A DNA stretch of 64,000 nt, taken from positions 11,483 to 75,482 of the forward strand of contig JBBQPO010000002.1 of assembly GCA_038217285.1 (NCBI GenBank), given 5' to 3'. This document shows, piece after piece, positions 1 through 10,498 of the stretch; the stretch's first letter is position 1, and the number at the start of each line of letters is the position of its first letter. The notes below the pieces were generated by a model, which saw only the letters and a program-made list of their open reading frames with translations, had not been told where the DNA came from and searched no databases. The stretch is from Chthonomonadales bacterium (GTDB lineage: Bacteria > Armatimonadota > Chthonomonadetes > Chthonomonadales > Chthonomonadaceae). The translations under genes were made by a program, and so were the position numbers.

Positions 1-967
1 GAAGCTGAACGGCGAAGGGGCCGAACTCATCAATCGAGAAGAATTTCTCCTTGGAGGTCAACTGCGAGAGAATAGCTTGGATTGCTTGCACTTTTTCCTT
101 GTACGCGGGATCGCGACTCGTCAGTACTTTCCTGGCTTTGCGCACACGGTATCCCGCATCGCGAATGATCTGGCGTATACCGTCGCGCGAGATAGGATGT
201 CCCTGCTCAGCCATAATGCGGTGCATATCCTCCATGCGCCAGGTCGTGCGATTAATATCGTGGTCTGCGGGGGGCGCATGCAGGATGGCGAAGAGTGCCT
301 CCTTATAGCGTACGTCCTGAGATTTTTTGATTCCTCGTGTCTTCGAGCCGAGCAGTGTCTCGATCCCCTCGTCAGTAAATTCACAGAGGTAGCTCTGAAC
401 AGTCTTCCGATGCAAATATAAACAGCGCGAGATCTCTCGTTGAGGAGTACCGTGCAGGGAGAGCAGGACGGTCATCGCCCGATTCCGATACGCCATCGGC
501 CTATCAAGAACGCACCGACGAAGCGTTTCGATACGTTCAGCATCGAGTTTTCCGAGGGTATATTCGGCAATCTCCGCATTGCTGACGTCGCCTTGCAACA
601 GCCTGAGTACCCATGAATTCACCGTGGTCTGATTAGCCAGGACATGCATCGGAGAGGATTGAGGCAGCAAACGCAGGTAATTCTTGAGAATGGAATATCC
701 GCCGCGATACCCTTGTTCCCGGAGTTCGTTGAACAAAATGACGGCGTTCCCCACGCCAGCCTTCAGGCGCTCCCCAATATAAGATTTGAACGGGTCGATT
801 TTTGTCGGCCGTATAGCCCTTGCTCGTGGCTTCCCTATGGCGGCTGGCTGCTCGATGTACTTCTTGACGGTCTTGCGGCTACATCCGATTTTGCTGGCAA
901 TCTGTCGTTGAGACCATCCTTGACGGTGGTAAAAGATGATGTCAAGTTGTTCATCCTGAGTTTTCAT
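1..967 (-). CDS. IS630-family transposase with an extra N-terminal IstA/ISL3-like HTH region; runs off the left edge
   Basis: Not in the ORF track; translated by hand from ATG 967 (GAGGTG RBS), open to position 1: MKTQDEQLDIIFYHRQGWSQRQIASKIGCSRKTVKKYI...IDPFKSYIGERL...ELREQGYRGGYSILKNYL, then second HTH region and SRDPAYKEKV...FFSIDEFGP (IS630 first catalytic Asp region). Confidence 0.8.
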   Translation of the reverse strand, partial: MKTQDEQLDIIFYHRQGWSQRQIASKIGCSRKTVKKYIEQPAAIGKPRARAIRPTKIDPFKSYIGERLKAGVGNAVILFNELREQGYRGGYSILKNYLRLLPQSSPMHVLANQTTVNSWVLRLLQGDVSNAEIAEYTLGKLDAERIETLRRCVLDRPMAYRNRAMTVLLSLHGTPQREISRCLYLHRKTVQSYLCEFTDEGIETLLGSKTRGIKKSQDVRYKEALFAILHAPPADHDINRTTWRMEDMHRIMAEQGHPISRDGIRQIIRDAGYRVRKARKVLTSRDPAYKEKVQAIQAILSQLTSKEKFFSIDEFGPFAVQL

Positions 968-990
968 GAGTATCACCTCTGCCATCAAAC

Positions 991-3900
991 CTATTGTGCA
1001 AGTACGGAGGAGCCTGCTTCCGCCAGAATATTCCGCGCGCTTTTCCGCATCTCGCCAAGGGTCGCGGGATAGAACTGAACCAACTTATCCTCTCCAGCAA
1101 CCACGAGATGCTGTCCATCAGGTGTAAACCGTGCAATGTTCATGCGCAAGCCATTGCCATGTACGACAAGTTCTGGTTTACGCTGGTGGAAAACCTCGCC
1201 GCTATGCACGGTGGGGATACACCACGTCCGTGTTACGCCATCAGCGCCGGTCGTGACGAGACGCCTTCCATCCGGTGAAAAGAGGGCGGAAAAGAGGGGG
1301 CTGTCGCTGGCATGGAACACCCCGAGCAAGTGGGCTGAAGTGGTGTTCCACAGATAGGCGTTCCCATCAGCATCTGCCGAGAGCACAGCGTGCTCGTCTG
1401 GTGAGAATGCAATACTCAATGGATAGCGTTGGGGCCCAGGGCCGCGGTCGCCTTTCACGGTGTACACCTCTTGCCAGCGCCGGGAAATGAGATCGTATCG
1501 ACGCGCAGTGCCATCGGTAGTGGCTATGAGGATGTGTTGGCCGTCACGCTGAAAGATAGCGCTCAGATATCCCCCTACCGCATCAGGCAACTGGGCTGTC
1601 TGGCGACCGGAGTGAGCATCCCAGACGCGAACCGTTTGATCGCGAGACGCCGTCACTACAGACCGTCCATCCGCTGAAAAGAAGATCGTATTTATCCGGT
1701 CTGTATGTCCAATTAAGGGTACATAGTCGTTGGCGGTTGATCCGGTTGCTGCCGGAGCAGTCCAGATACGGGCTGAACCATCCGTGCATGCCATGGCGAT
1801 CCGCTGTCCATCTGGAGAATAGACGGCATGGTCGATTTGTTTGCCATCCCACTGCAATCGGCGGATTGGATCAAAAAAGGCGTGCATAGTGTGCGTTGCA
1901 GTGTCCCAGAGTATTCTTCGTTGCTGCCAGACGAGGACACAGCCTTCGTCAGAGGCGGCAGCAAACGCCGTCCCATCCGGTGAACAGTCCACATAGGTGA
2001 GTGTACCTTCAGCACCCTGGTAGGTTGACTGTCCCAATGACCAGACATCGGCATACCCCGTCTTAGAAGCGGTGACGATCTTTCGGTCAGAGCGACTGAA
2101 CTGAACCGCAGTGGCCTCATGGGTGCGCGTAGCGAGGGAGTACATTGGTTGCAGATGCTGAGGCTTATACCAGATCTGCGTATTGCCCCGTGCGTTCGCA
2201 CTTGCCACCCATCCGCTGTCGGTCGATACGTGGATCGTATTTATTTTACCGATCGCCCCATGATATTGCAGGGACTCAGTACCCCGTTGCTGATTGGATG
2301 CTGCAGGTCCATGGTAGGCGATTAAATTTCCTTCGACAGATCCCAACAACACCAGATCGGCAAAGTGAGAAAAGGCTACGGCGGTCAGTTGTCGGTTGGC
2401 GGCCTGCACGTCTGGGCCAATGTTGTAGAGACACTTCCCGGTATGTGCATCCCAGATACGTGCTTCCTGATCATGGTCTTGGCGCAGGCTGTTGCCGATT
2501 GTGGCTACGAAGCGATCGTGTCCCGGTAGGTCGGATGAAAACGAGACGCCTGTCACGGGGCCTGCATGCCCTTTGAGTTCGCAGATTGAGCCATCAGCAA
2601 TAGTCCACACACGCCCTGTTTTATCCGGCCCATTGGTTACTATGAGGGTTCCATCTGCAGAAAGGTCTGCACGCGGAGGTCCTAAAGTTTTGCAGCGAAA
2701 GGTACGCATTGGAGCGATGGTATGGCCCAGTACGTTGGCTACATCCCATACCTGAAAGCAGGACTCTGCTGAGCCTGTACGATACGCCGTAACGAGACGT
2801 GTACCTCTTAACGCGAACCGAGCGACAGCAACCTCGGGATTCGGTATGTCTGCAGGTACTACGGGAAGCCTGACGGTAGGTTGCCAGTTGTGGGTAGAGA
2901 TGAGATCGGCATAGCGACCACGACCAGCAATGACGAGGTACTGGTCGTCGCTGGAAAAACTTGCAGCGGTAAGTCGTCCGTCATGGGGAATCCGGCGAAT
3001 ACGGTGCGCCCGTGCGGTCACCGCGCTAAAGAGTGCCTGTTGCGCTGCCAAGGACGGCTTCCGTCCTGCTTTCATGGTCGTTTCGACTGAGTGTAAGCTC
3101 GACTGTACGGCCTCCACCTCATCTCCGGATTGAACTGCTAATGCAGATGCATGTTCGCTTTCGCTCTGCTCCTGTGCTTGCAACGTATCACGCAGTGCCT
3201 GGTTACGTACTGTGACCGCTTGGTTCATCGAACCCTGCAAGAGAGCCAGACGTTGTTGGAGGACGGTAACGCTCGCCTGGAGTGTCTGCTTCTCCTGTGC
3301 GATGCGGTCGCGCTCCGTTTTCGTGTGGCCGATGGTCTGTTCCATGCGGAGAAGATCTGCTTGTCGGGCATGCAGTAACTTGGTATCGGTATCGATCTGC
3401 TTCTCATTTTTGGACAGCATCGCCCGCTGGTGGCTTAATTCCGTGGTCAATACTACCGCCTTTTGCGCGGTCCAGCGGTTTATCATGCGCTGACGCCATG
3501 CCATCCCGAGAGACGCAGCCGCAATTCCCCAGATAATGGTGGCCCGTGCAAACCCGAGCCACCAGGCGCGGCGCTGCCGCCGCAACTCCGTCCCAGGCAT
3601 CGCTTGCCGTATCCAGACGAGATCAAAGACCGTCCTGTAGATACGGTTACGGACCACTATCCGCAGTTGCTTACCACGTGTCGTAGCACAGACAAGACCA
3701 GAGAGTAGTAAATGCTGAACCAACGCTCCGGGAGCGTCCTCAGCATGAATGTACCGACCAGTTAGGATCATGTTATATAATGTTAAAATACCTGTGCGAT
3801 GTGCTTCTTCCGTGAGTATGTACCGGCTCACGAATTTTAGGTTATTCTCTTCTTCCTGCGCCTCCCGCCGCAAGAATATCTGTGCGCAGAGACTATCAAT

Positions 3901-4695
3901 CTCGCTGGATGATAATGGTTGCCCCGCGTTCGCGACAGCCTGACAGAACTTCTGAGTAAGATACGGATGACCGGCAGTCCAGCACCAGACCTGCTTTAGC
4001 TGCGCATATTGCTGTACGTTGTTACCGGGGAGGCCTGCGGCGAATACCAGCATTTCCGGCAGCGAAAAATCATGCAGTTCAATGCGCCGGCCAATGTTAA
4101 AGGGGGTGGTCCGCACATCTTGGATTAGATCAGAAGGTGTGGCAACCCCCATCAAGCAGAATGTCAGTTGGTGGCTTCCTGAATGAGAAGCACGGCGATT
4201 ATGGCACTCACGAATCGCCGCAAAGAACTCGTCAACTGAAAATGGCAGTTTGCGCACGGCGTCGATCTCATCTACGAAAATGACAAATGGTATATTGAGG
4301 CGAGGCAGGAATATGTCGCGAATGGCCATAAACAATCTCTGTACGCTACCCAATCGGGAGTGTTGGATCCAGAACTCCTCTGCTTCTGCTTCTAGGTCGC
4401 AGTCTACTGCAAGGCTCGTAAGTAAGCCAAAGTACCACTGCTCCTGAGTCAGGTTTTCCCCGATACTGCTGATGTCCAAAATAGCGGCATGATGGCCTAT
4501 AGCGCGCAGCTGTTGTGCCATCCGTACAATAAGCGAGGATTTGCCTACCTGTCGCGTATCCAGGACATAGCAGAACTCTCCAGCGAGAAGCGCCTTGAAC
4601 AGGACGGCATCCGCCTCACGCTCTACATACGAAGGAACGTTTCCCGGCAAGGTCCCGCCAGGGACAAAGTAGCCCTTAGATGTTCGTTCCTCCAA
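991..4695 (-). CDS. AAA_35-type STAND ATPase + TM helix + coiled coil + WD40 repeats
   Basis: SYVEREAD, DTRQVGKS (Walker A), IFVDEID (Walker B), TPFNIG, WTAGHPYLTQ; hydrophobic helix WWLGFARATIIWGIAAASLGMAW; many GH...WD/FSxDG repeats. Likely TTG start at 4695 after AAAGGTG (ORF track start 4815). Confidence 0.88.
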   Translation of the reverse strand: MEERTSKGYFVPGGTLPGNVPSYVEREADAVLFKALLAGEFCYVLDTRQVGKSSLIVRMAQQLRAIGHHAAILDISSIGENLTQEQWYFGLLTSLAVDCDLEAEAEEFWIQHSRLGSVQRLFMAIRDIFLPRLNIPFVIFVDEIDAVRKLPFSVDEFFAAIRECHNRRASHSGSHQLTFCLMGVATPSDLIQDVRTTPFNIGRRIELHDFSLPEMLVFAAGLPGNNVQQYAQLKQVWCWTAGHPYLTQKFCQAVANAGQPLSSSEIDSLCAQIFLRREAQEEENNLKFVSRYILTEEAHRTGILTLYNMILTGRYIHAEDAPGALVQHLLLSGLVCATTRGKQLRIVVRNRIYRTVFDLVWIRQAMPGTELRRQRRAWWLGFARATIIWGIAAASLGMAWRQRMINRWTAQKAVVLTTELSHQRAMLSKNEKQIDTDTKLLHARQADLLRMEQTIGHTKTERDRIAQEKQTLQASVTVLQQRLALLQGSMNQAVTVRNQALRDTLQAQEQSESEHASALAVQSGDEVEAVQSSLHSVETTMKAGRKPSLAAQQALFSAVTARAHRIRRIPHDGRLTAASFSSDDQYLVIAGRGRYADLISTHNWQPTVRLPVVPADIPNPEVAVARFALRGTRLVTAYRTGSAESCFQVWDVANVLGHTIAPMRTFRCKTLGPPRADLSADGTLIVTNGPDKTGRVWTIADGSICELKGHAGPVTGVSFSSDLPGHDRFVATIGNSLRQDHDQEARIWDAHTGKCLYNIGPDVQAANRQLTAVAFSHFADLVLLGSVEGNLIAYHGPAASNQQRGTESLQYHGAIGKINTIHVSTDSGWVASANARGNTQIWYKPQHLQPMYSLATRTHEATAVQFSRSDRKIVTASKTGYADVWSLGQSTYQGAEGTLTYVDCSPDGTAFAAASDEGCVLVWQQRRILWDTATHTMHAFFDPIRRLQWDGKQIDHAVYSPDGQRIAMACTDGSARIWTAPAATGSTANDYVPLIGHTDRINTIFFSADGRSVVTASRDQTVRVWDAHSGRQTAQLPDAVGGYLSAIFQRDGQHILIATTDGTARRYDLISRRWQEVYTVKGDRGPGPQRYPLSIAFSPDEHAVLSADADGNAYLWNTTSAHLLGVFHASDSPLFSALFSPDGRRLVTTGADGVTRTWCIPTVHSGEVFHQRKPELVVHGNGLRMNIARFTPDGQHLVVAGEDKLVQFYPATLGEMRKSARNILAEAGSSVLAQ

Positions 4696-4741
4696 AGAAA
4701 ACTCACCTTTCCAGTGCTTGCACCGTTTACGCCGTATAAGG

Positions 4742-6298
4742 CTACTTGAAATGCCGTGCGAAGTAGCGAGTATAGAGGCCGCAGCGAGGGCGGGCCGCTT
4801 CAGGAGAACTGCCAACGACTACCCCGGCGCTTCTTAAGCGAAAAAAACCGGCGTCGGAACAGGAACGGCCTTCCAGCACCGCGCGCATGTCCGCAAGCAG
4901 TTCTGAGTCGGTAGCCAGAAAGCGGCGCAGATACTCTAAGTGATCGTGGTAAGGGCCGTTCGGCTGCACGGCCATGACTTCAAATACCTTGACCGTTATC
5001 TTTTGGGTTGTCATCTCGTGCAGACCCCGCATCAGCAGGTAGGGATGCCCTCCTAAGAGTTCGTACAAATGCTCATGATCAGCCGCTTCCAGGGCAACGC
5101 CATACCGCACTGCTGCTTCTCGGCACTGAACTCTGCTAAAGTCAGCCACATCTATGCGGGTACCAACGTTGAAGGGCGACTGGTTGAGATCACGGATGTA
5201 GAGGTGCGCTTCGGTGGCTGTGGCCAACAAGAGCGTGAAACGCCCCCAAGGAACAGTCGGTTGGGTGGCGCGTTTGGAATGAATGCCACGGAGCAGGGCG
5301 AAGAATTCGTTGTAGTAGTCGGTCTTAAAAAGGCTATCTATCCCATCCAGCGTCCAGACGATAGGAGAATCGGTCGTTTTTAACACGCGCTCACGTAGGA
5401 ACCGCTCCAGGTTACCAACCGCACCGCTATGAGTTTTCCAGTCACGCTCCAGAGAGAACTCCTGTCCGGCTTGTTCAGCAAGTGAGGCGATAAGGCGTAG
5501 GTACAAGGTATCTCGGTCTGCCAAATCTGCGGGAGCGAGTTGCTCGAAGTCGGTATCGTATACGGCCCAGTGTCGGTCATGGGCAAACCGTAATCCTCGA
5601 GCTAGCAGTGATGATTTGCCGATCTGGCGCGATCCCTTAATGAGGACAATGCCCTCGCTATTCTGGAGAGCCGTCGTAAGCGCCTGGTCGCACGTCCGTC
5701 TGATATACAAAGGGGAGCCCGGAGGAATGATGCCGCCAGCGGGTCTTACCTGTCTTTCCGGCGCGAAACTTCCTGAAGCGACACGGTGCGCCCCCCAAAA
5801 GTTTTGCTCGCTTGCCCGCGCAAGTGCCTGTTGTAGCTTTTTCGCATAGCGCTCCCGAAATGGAGCAATCCACTCGTAATTCCAGCCAGCCAGCAGCGTC
5901 TCCTCAGCCATCTGCTGCGCAAGAGCGAGCGAGGTACTATCCCCGCGCGCGCACGCGGCCTCAAATTGTAAGGTATCCGCTTGCTCTAAGTTAAGTATCA
6001 GGCGAACGGCGCCGGTGCGCGTTTCGAGACAGACGGCGTCTACCTGAAGGATCTGACGCAGGAAACTTAGGCTCTGGCGCAGGTTCTGATCCACGTCTCC
6101 CACTGGCCTGTCGCTCCAAAAGCACTTAGCTAAATCAGCCTTCTCGACCCACCGTGGACTATGCAATATCAAGTAGGCCAAAAGCCGCTCGCCCTGGCGC
6201 AAATGAAGGCCGCCGATGGGCTGGCCATTGTGGCAAGCTTCGAAGCCGCCAAAGAGGCGAAAGACGAGCGAAGACTGGTGGCTAGGCTGTTCCTCCAT
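4742..6298 (-). CDS. SARP/AfsR-like wHTH-BTAD regulator fused to an AAA_35 domain
   Basis: FRLFGGFE...RLLAYLIL...NLRQSLSFLR (wHTH/BTAD), then LYIRR, GSRQIGKS, SPFNVG, GGHPYL. Likely ATG 6298. Confidence 0.85.
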   Translation of the reverse strand: MEEQPSHQSSLVFRLFGGFEACHNGQPIGGLHLRQGERLLAYLILHSPRWVEKADLAKCFWSDRPVGDVDQNLRQSLSFLRQILQVDAVCLETRTGAVRLILNLEQADTLQFEAACARGDSTSLALAQQMAEETLLAGWNYEWIAPFRERYAKKLQQALARASEQNFWGAHRVASGSFAPERQVRPAGGIIPPGSPLYIRRTCDQALTTALQNSEGIVLIKGSRQIGKSSLLARGLRFAHDRHWAVYDTDFEQLAPADLADRDTLYLRLIASLAEQAGQEFSLERDWKTHSGAVGNLERFLRERVLKTTDSPIVWTLDGIDSLFKTDYYNEFFALLRGIHSKRATQPTVPWGRFTLLLATATEAHLYIRDLNQSPFNVGTRIDVADFSRVQCREAAVRYGVALEAADHEHLYELLGGHPYLLMRGLHEMTTQKITVKVFEVMAVQPNGPYHDHLEYLRRFLATDSELLADMRAVLEGRSCSDAGFFRLRSAGVVVGSSPEAARPRCGLYTRYFARHFK

Positions 6299-6376
6299 AA
6301 ATATGCTTCCCCTTTCCGAGCAGTACATCCCTAGTTTACCCATTCCGAGACCCAAGAAAGTGATGCGATCAGACAC

Positions 6377-6416
6377 TCACAAAACATTCACAAAGGAGTG
6401 ACACTTTGGTCACGCT
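6377..6416. promoter_or_regulatory. 11-bp-periodic direct repeats, candidate SARP/OmpR-type binding sites
   Basis: TCAC at 6377, 6388, 6410 and TGAC at 6399 (exact 11-bp spacing) in the divergent intergenic region. Confidence 0.5.
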
Positions 6417-6668
6417 TTTGCCTAGTAAGCTAATAGACAGAAACGATAGCCGCATCGAAAACATACACGTGCGCTGCTGGAGAAGGTGCCTTTAGGGCTG
6501 TTATCCTCTGCGTTCCAGCGTGCATATCTTCGGAGTGCGATAGCGTTCGACATTTCTCAATACCAAAATATACTTGCCAGTAGTCACAGGGGCTCGCCTG
6601 ATTAGCATGAAAGCCAGTTAACATACTGTGTTCACTTTTTCGCCACCTACAAACGAGGAGACATACAA

Positions 6669-8897
6669 ATGAATCTGCGACTGAAGATACTTCTTGCCCT
6701 TCTGATGTTACTTCTTCAATGCACCAGCCTAAGTCTTGCCTCAGCCCAGGCCGTACTTCGTGTGCCTTCCCAGTACCCAACGATTCAAAGCGCCCTCAAT
6801 GCAGCTCCCGCAAACGCAACGGTTCTTGTTTCGCCCGGCATTTACAATGAGAGTCCAAGCGTGTCCAACCGGAGTAATTTGACAATTCAAGGAATTAATG
6901 GGCGTCCTGTTTTGAAAGGAGGGTTCATCCTTTCAAGTTGCCGAAACATTCTGGTGCAGGGCTTTGAATGTGACAGCGCTAGTTATGCCGGAGTGTATGC
7001 CGATGGCGGGGGTAATATATCTGCTATCGACATCCATGCGCTCGGTGGTCAAATATGTGTCTGGCTCCGTAATTTCACGGCAGGTACAAGCAGTACTGTC
7101 ACCGACTGTACTGCAGATAACTCCCAATGGGGCATTTATTTGGAAGCAGGAACCCATCCCACGGTGCGCAGATGTACCGTAACCAACGCACGTAACTGGG
7201 GGATATTTGTCGGAAATGGTTTTGGACAGGGTTTAATCGACAACTGCACCGTGTCTAATAGCGGGCTCTCGAACATTTTTGTTTTGGGAAACAAGGACAA
7301 TCGAACCGATGCTGTAGAGATTAGCTCATGTACTGTTACTGGCAGTTTTGGCTTTCACGGCATTGAGATTAACGGTATCCATTCCTCTTTTGTCCATGAT
7401 TGTACCGCTTTCAGCAATTACGCATATGGCTTTGTCAACTGGTATTGCGACACGGCGATTGACAAAAACTGTGCCTCTCACGACAACGTTGATGGCTTTG
7501 ATTTCTCCACCTGTCGGACTGGTACCGCAGACCACTGTCTGGCCTACCACAACGCGCAAAACGGCATTGCCGTGCTCACTGCCGAGGCTAGCTACGGCGC
7601 AGCCAGTGTCCAAGTCCAAAACTGCACGCTTACGAATAATCCATCAGGAATATACTGCCAGCCTGGATGGACCCTATTCATACAAAACACGATCTCTGCA
7701 CTTAATAACCGGGGCATTATTCTCGAAAATGGCAGCATTATTCTCGAAGACTATAATGACTTCAACAGCAATGCCAACGGCAATATAAATTGGTCGCCCC
7801 AAGGTGTCCACGATCTCTCAGAATACCCCGAACTGACGACTGACTTTCATCTATCTCAAAACTCGCCGTGTATCGATTCGGGGACGCCTACGCGATTAGA
7901 CCCTGACGGCTCGGTAAGCGATATCGGATGCTTTTACCTTTCTCATGCGTCTCCAACCGTGTCGGGATTGAAACTTGAAATGCCACAGTATGTGGTAAAT
8001 GCTGGCACGAAAACCTACCAAATCACTCTGCATATGAAGGGATCAGGGCATGGTCATATCACTGGCCACTGGGTTTTAGACGGTAAGCGATATTTCACCG
8101 AGATCCTTACTGACTGGGACTTGACGGCAGGAGGCTGGACCGCAGGGCCAACGATAGCGATACCGAAGGCACAGCTTGAAGGCAACCATACGCTGTACTT
8201 TACTGTCGATGCGCCCTCTGGGCTGCAGTCAGGGAATATAGCGATAGCCATTACAAAGTTCGACTCAGCCATAAACGGTTTCAAATTCGTCAACGCCTTT
8301 CCTCGCATACCAGGGAAGATCGATCAGATATTGGGAGATAATGATGGGTTTTGCGTCGGTATGAGTTGGAAGGCACGAAACTACTACATCCACAAGCAGC
8401 AGATCCCCCAGGACACCCTTCTTCCCTCGCGTACTCAGGACAGCGGACTGTATTGGGACACTCGTCTTGCTCAGATCCGCGGAATTAAGCGTTTTCAACT
8501 GATCGACAGCTTACGGATTATTGGCTATTTTGGAAATGGCAATCAGGCATTACAAGGAGAAACGGACGCTGTTCGCCAAGCACTGCAGGACAATCTGGTA
8601 GCCCCGAACGCACTTGGATCCCCGACAGTGATAGCGCTCACCGTCAACGCGGATGGTACGGGAGGTGGCCATGCTGTCCTTGCTACAGGGACCGTGTTCT
8701 GTAGCGACGCTTACATTGAGGGAAGCGCAGATCAAGCATACAATGTGCGGCGATTCTTTGTGTGCGATCCGAATGTAGTTGGAATCGTCCAGACAGTGGA
8801 TGTATATAACCAGGACCAAGCATTCGGCATGGCCTACGACGTTCCCGGTGCAGCACCTAAAGTCACCGCCCATTACCTCTTCACGATAACCCTATAG
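6669..8897 (+). CDS. Secreted right-handed beta-helix protein with C-terminal putative papain-like (Cys-His-Asp) domain
   Basis: Signal peptide; LRVPSQYPTIQSALNAA...VSPGIY, repeated N..GI PbH1-like units, DFHL..NSPCIDSG...DIG; C-terminal GFKFVN...GFCVGMS...GHAVLA...DPN. Confidence 0.8.
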   Translation: MNLRLKILLALLMLLLQCTSLSLASAQAVLRVPSQYPTIQSALNAAPANATVLVSPGIYNESPSVSNRSNLTIQGINGRPVLKGGFILSSCRNILVQGFECDSASYAGVYADGGGNISAIDIHALGGQICVWLRNFTAGTSSTVTDCTADNSQWGIYLEAGTHPTVRRCTVTNARNWGIFVGNGFGQGLIDNCTVSNSGLSNIFVLGNKDNRTDAVEISSCTVTGSFGFHGIEINGIHSSFVHDCTAFSNYAYGFVNWYCDTAIDKNCASHDNVDGFDFSTCRTGTADHCLAYHNAQNGIAVLTAEASYGAASVQVQNCTLTNNPSGIYCQPGWTLFIQNTISALNNRGIILENGSIILEDYNDFNSNANGNINWSPQGVHDLSEYPELTTDFHLSQNSPCIDSGTPTRLDPDGSVSDIGCFYLSHASPTVSGLKLEMPQYVVNAGTKTYQITLHMKGSGHGHITGHWVLDGKRYFTEILTDWDLTAGGWTAGPTIAIPKAQLEGNHTLYFTVDAPSGLQSGNIAIAITKFDSAINGFKFVNAFPRIPGKIDQILGDNDGFCVGMSWKARNYYIHKQQIPQDTLLPSRTQDSGLYWDTRLAQIRGIKRFQLIDSLRIIGYFGNGNQALQGETDAVRQALQDNLVAPNALGSPTVIALTVNADGTGGGHAVLATGTVFCSDAYIEGSADQAYNVRRFFVCDPNVVGIVQTVDVYNQDQAFGMAYDVPGAAPKVTAHYLFTITL

Positions 8898-8972
8898 GCG
8901 GGTACGGAGAACATTATGCGCTCCTTCATTCATTTGTACGTTACTCAAACAGCAAGTAAAGGACGGAAAAGT

Positions 8973-9599
8973 ATGCGGTCCTGGACGTTTATCGTGCTTG
9001 TGTGGTGTACTCTCGTCGGCACCCATGAAGTAAAAGCACAAGATTTGATGTCACATACCGACGTTGCTATAGGCTCACAAGTTTGGGCATACACTCTGTT
9101 CAACGACGAACCGACCGGTAGCCCAAACTTCATCAGCTCGTTCTATCTAGCAGTCGACGCCCCTATCTCCACAGTACTGAGTCCCACAGCATGGGATTAT
9201 CAGACAGACAATAGCACCTATGTCCTGTGGTTCAACCCGGATTCTACATTGCCCTATCCCAATGATATCGCTCCGGGAAACTCCCTCGGTGGATTTGTGA
9301 TTCAGAGTTCTTCCCTCACATCGCAAATGGAGGACACTGTCGTTGCATCGTGGGATCACGGAGCGGACGCCCCAGGCCCGTCGAAAACAGGAGCGGTGCT
9401 TGCCCCGGTAGCAACGCCTGAGCCTGGAGCGGGGATGCTTTTGGCTTCCGGCGGATTCATTCTAGGACTGTGCACTCGCCGTCGAAAAATTCGACAAACG
9501 CTTATAGAGAGATCCCACCGGGAGTTGCCAGCACGTTGCTTTGCTAAAGACGAATGCCTCAGGCAAAAAACGCCACAACAACTGTTGCTAGGCCCATAA
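8973..9599 (+). CDS. PEP-CTERM sorting-domain protein
   Basis: Signal peptide MRSWTFIVLVWC...VKAQ; TPEPGAGMLLASGGFILGLCTRRRK, followed by about 35 extra residues. Confidence 0.8.
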   Translation: MRSWTFIVLVWCTLVGTHEVKAQDLMSHTDVAIGSQVWAYTLFNDEPTGSPNFISSFYLAVDAPISTVLSPTAWDYQTDNSTYVLWFNPDSTLPYPNDIAPGNSLGGFVIQSSSLTSQMEDTVVASWDHGADAPGPSKTGAVLAPVATPEPGAGMLLASGGFILGLCTRRRKIRQTLIERSHRELPARCFAKDECLRQKTPQQLLLGP

Positions 9600-10047
9600 T
9601 GAGTAATAATGTCTTTCTCTTGAATGATGTGGCTCCAAACCCATACCAAATAGATGCAAGCGAGACGGTATAAAGGATAAGAGCAATGGACCACATATCC
9701 CCCTTTGCTCTAGATTGGAGTAAGCTGCATGCCGGTGCTCCCACCGCAGTTGAATCGCAGTTTGAGAAGACATAAACTGCCCACACGGCACTAATCATAA
9801 CATACCAAAGTGTAATACCTAACGCCGTTGTCAGGCCGTACCTCATTTCCCGTCGGTTAGCAATCGCAAAGCTGGCAGGAGCAACGAGTACGCATATATA
9901 GGAAGCGGCTAAGAAGAATGTGGGGTCAAACCATTCGGTATATTTTACTAGGGGGGTAGCGATCATTCCAAAGAAAAAAATAAACATAACGAGCCCGCCC
10001 ACGGGTGGACCATAGGCCAAGATGCGGTAGGAAAGTTTAGATTTCAT
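9559..10047 (-). CDS. Hypothetical membrane protein
   Basis: 162 aa, about five hydrophobic segments, AT-richer than the flanks. Confidence 0.55.
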   Translation of the reverse strand: MKSKLSYRILAYGPPVGGLVMFIFFFGMIATPLVKYTEWFDPTFFLAASYICVLVAPASFAIANRREMRYGLTTALGITLWYVMISAVWAVYVFSNCDSTAVGAPACSLLQSRAKGDMWSIALILYTVSLASIWYGFGATSFKRKTLLLIMGLATVVVAFFA

Positions 10048-10498
10048 AACGGACGTATTTACTAACTGCTTGGAGGCTACCTACATGTTCATTATGTCCT
10101 CCTGACGCTCTCTAAGCAAGAGCACTGGACGATCAACTTTTAGGTGCTGTCAGGTGTATAAAATGTTTTAGATTGCTCGCCATACGGATCAATTGTTCGA
10201 TTTGGAGGATGCCACAGGCTTTACAAAAACCATTGTGTACGGAGCCATGCGGGCTGCAATTCAGTGAGCCCTCAGCTTGGTTCGATAGTGCGGCTCTCGC
10301 CGCCTATGTCGCTCAGGCGTGCGGAGCCGAAGTGTCGGGATAAGCCATGTGATGATCTTTAGTGTTAGGCGAAGCAGGGTTAGATTGAGGTCTACAGCCT
10401 CGTCAAGAGCTACGCGGTTTCAGGGTACTACCTTTGTCTTTTGATTAATCGTCGGGATTGTGAGGGATGTTTTGTTACGAGGCGATCGGATAACTGCT

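Noticed and set aside
644-1072. Plus-strand 142-aa ORF
   Set aside because: Antisense to the transposase reading frame found by manual translation.
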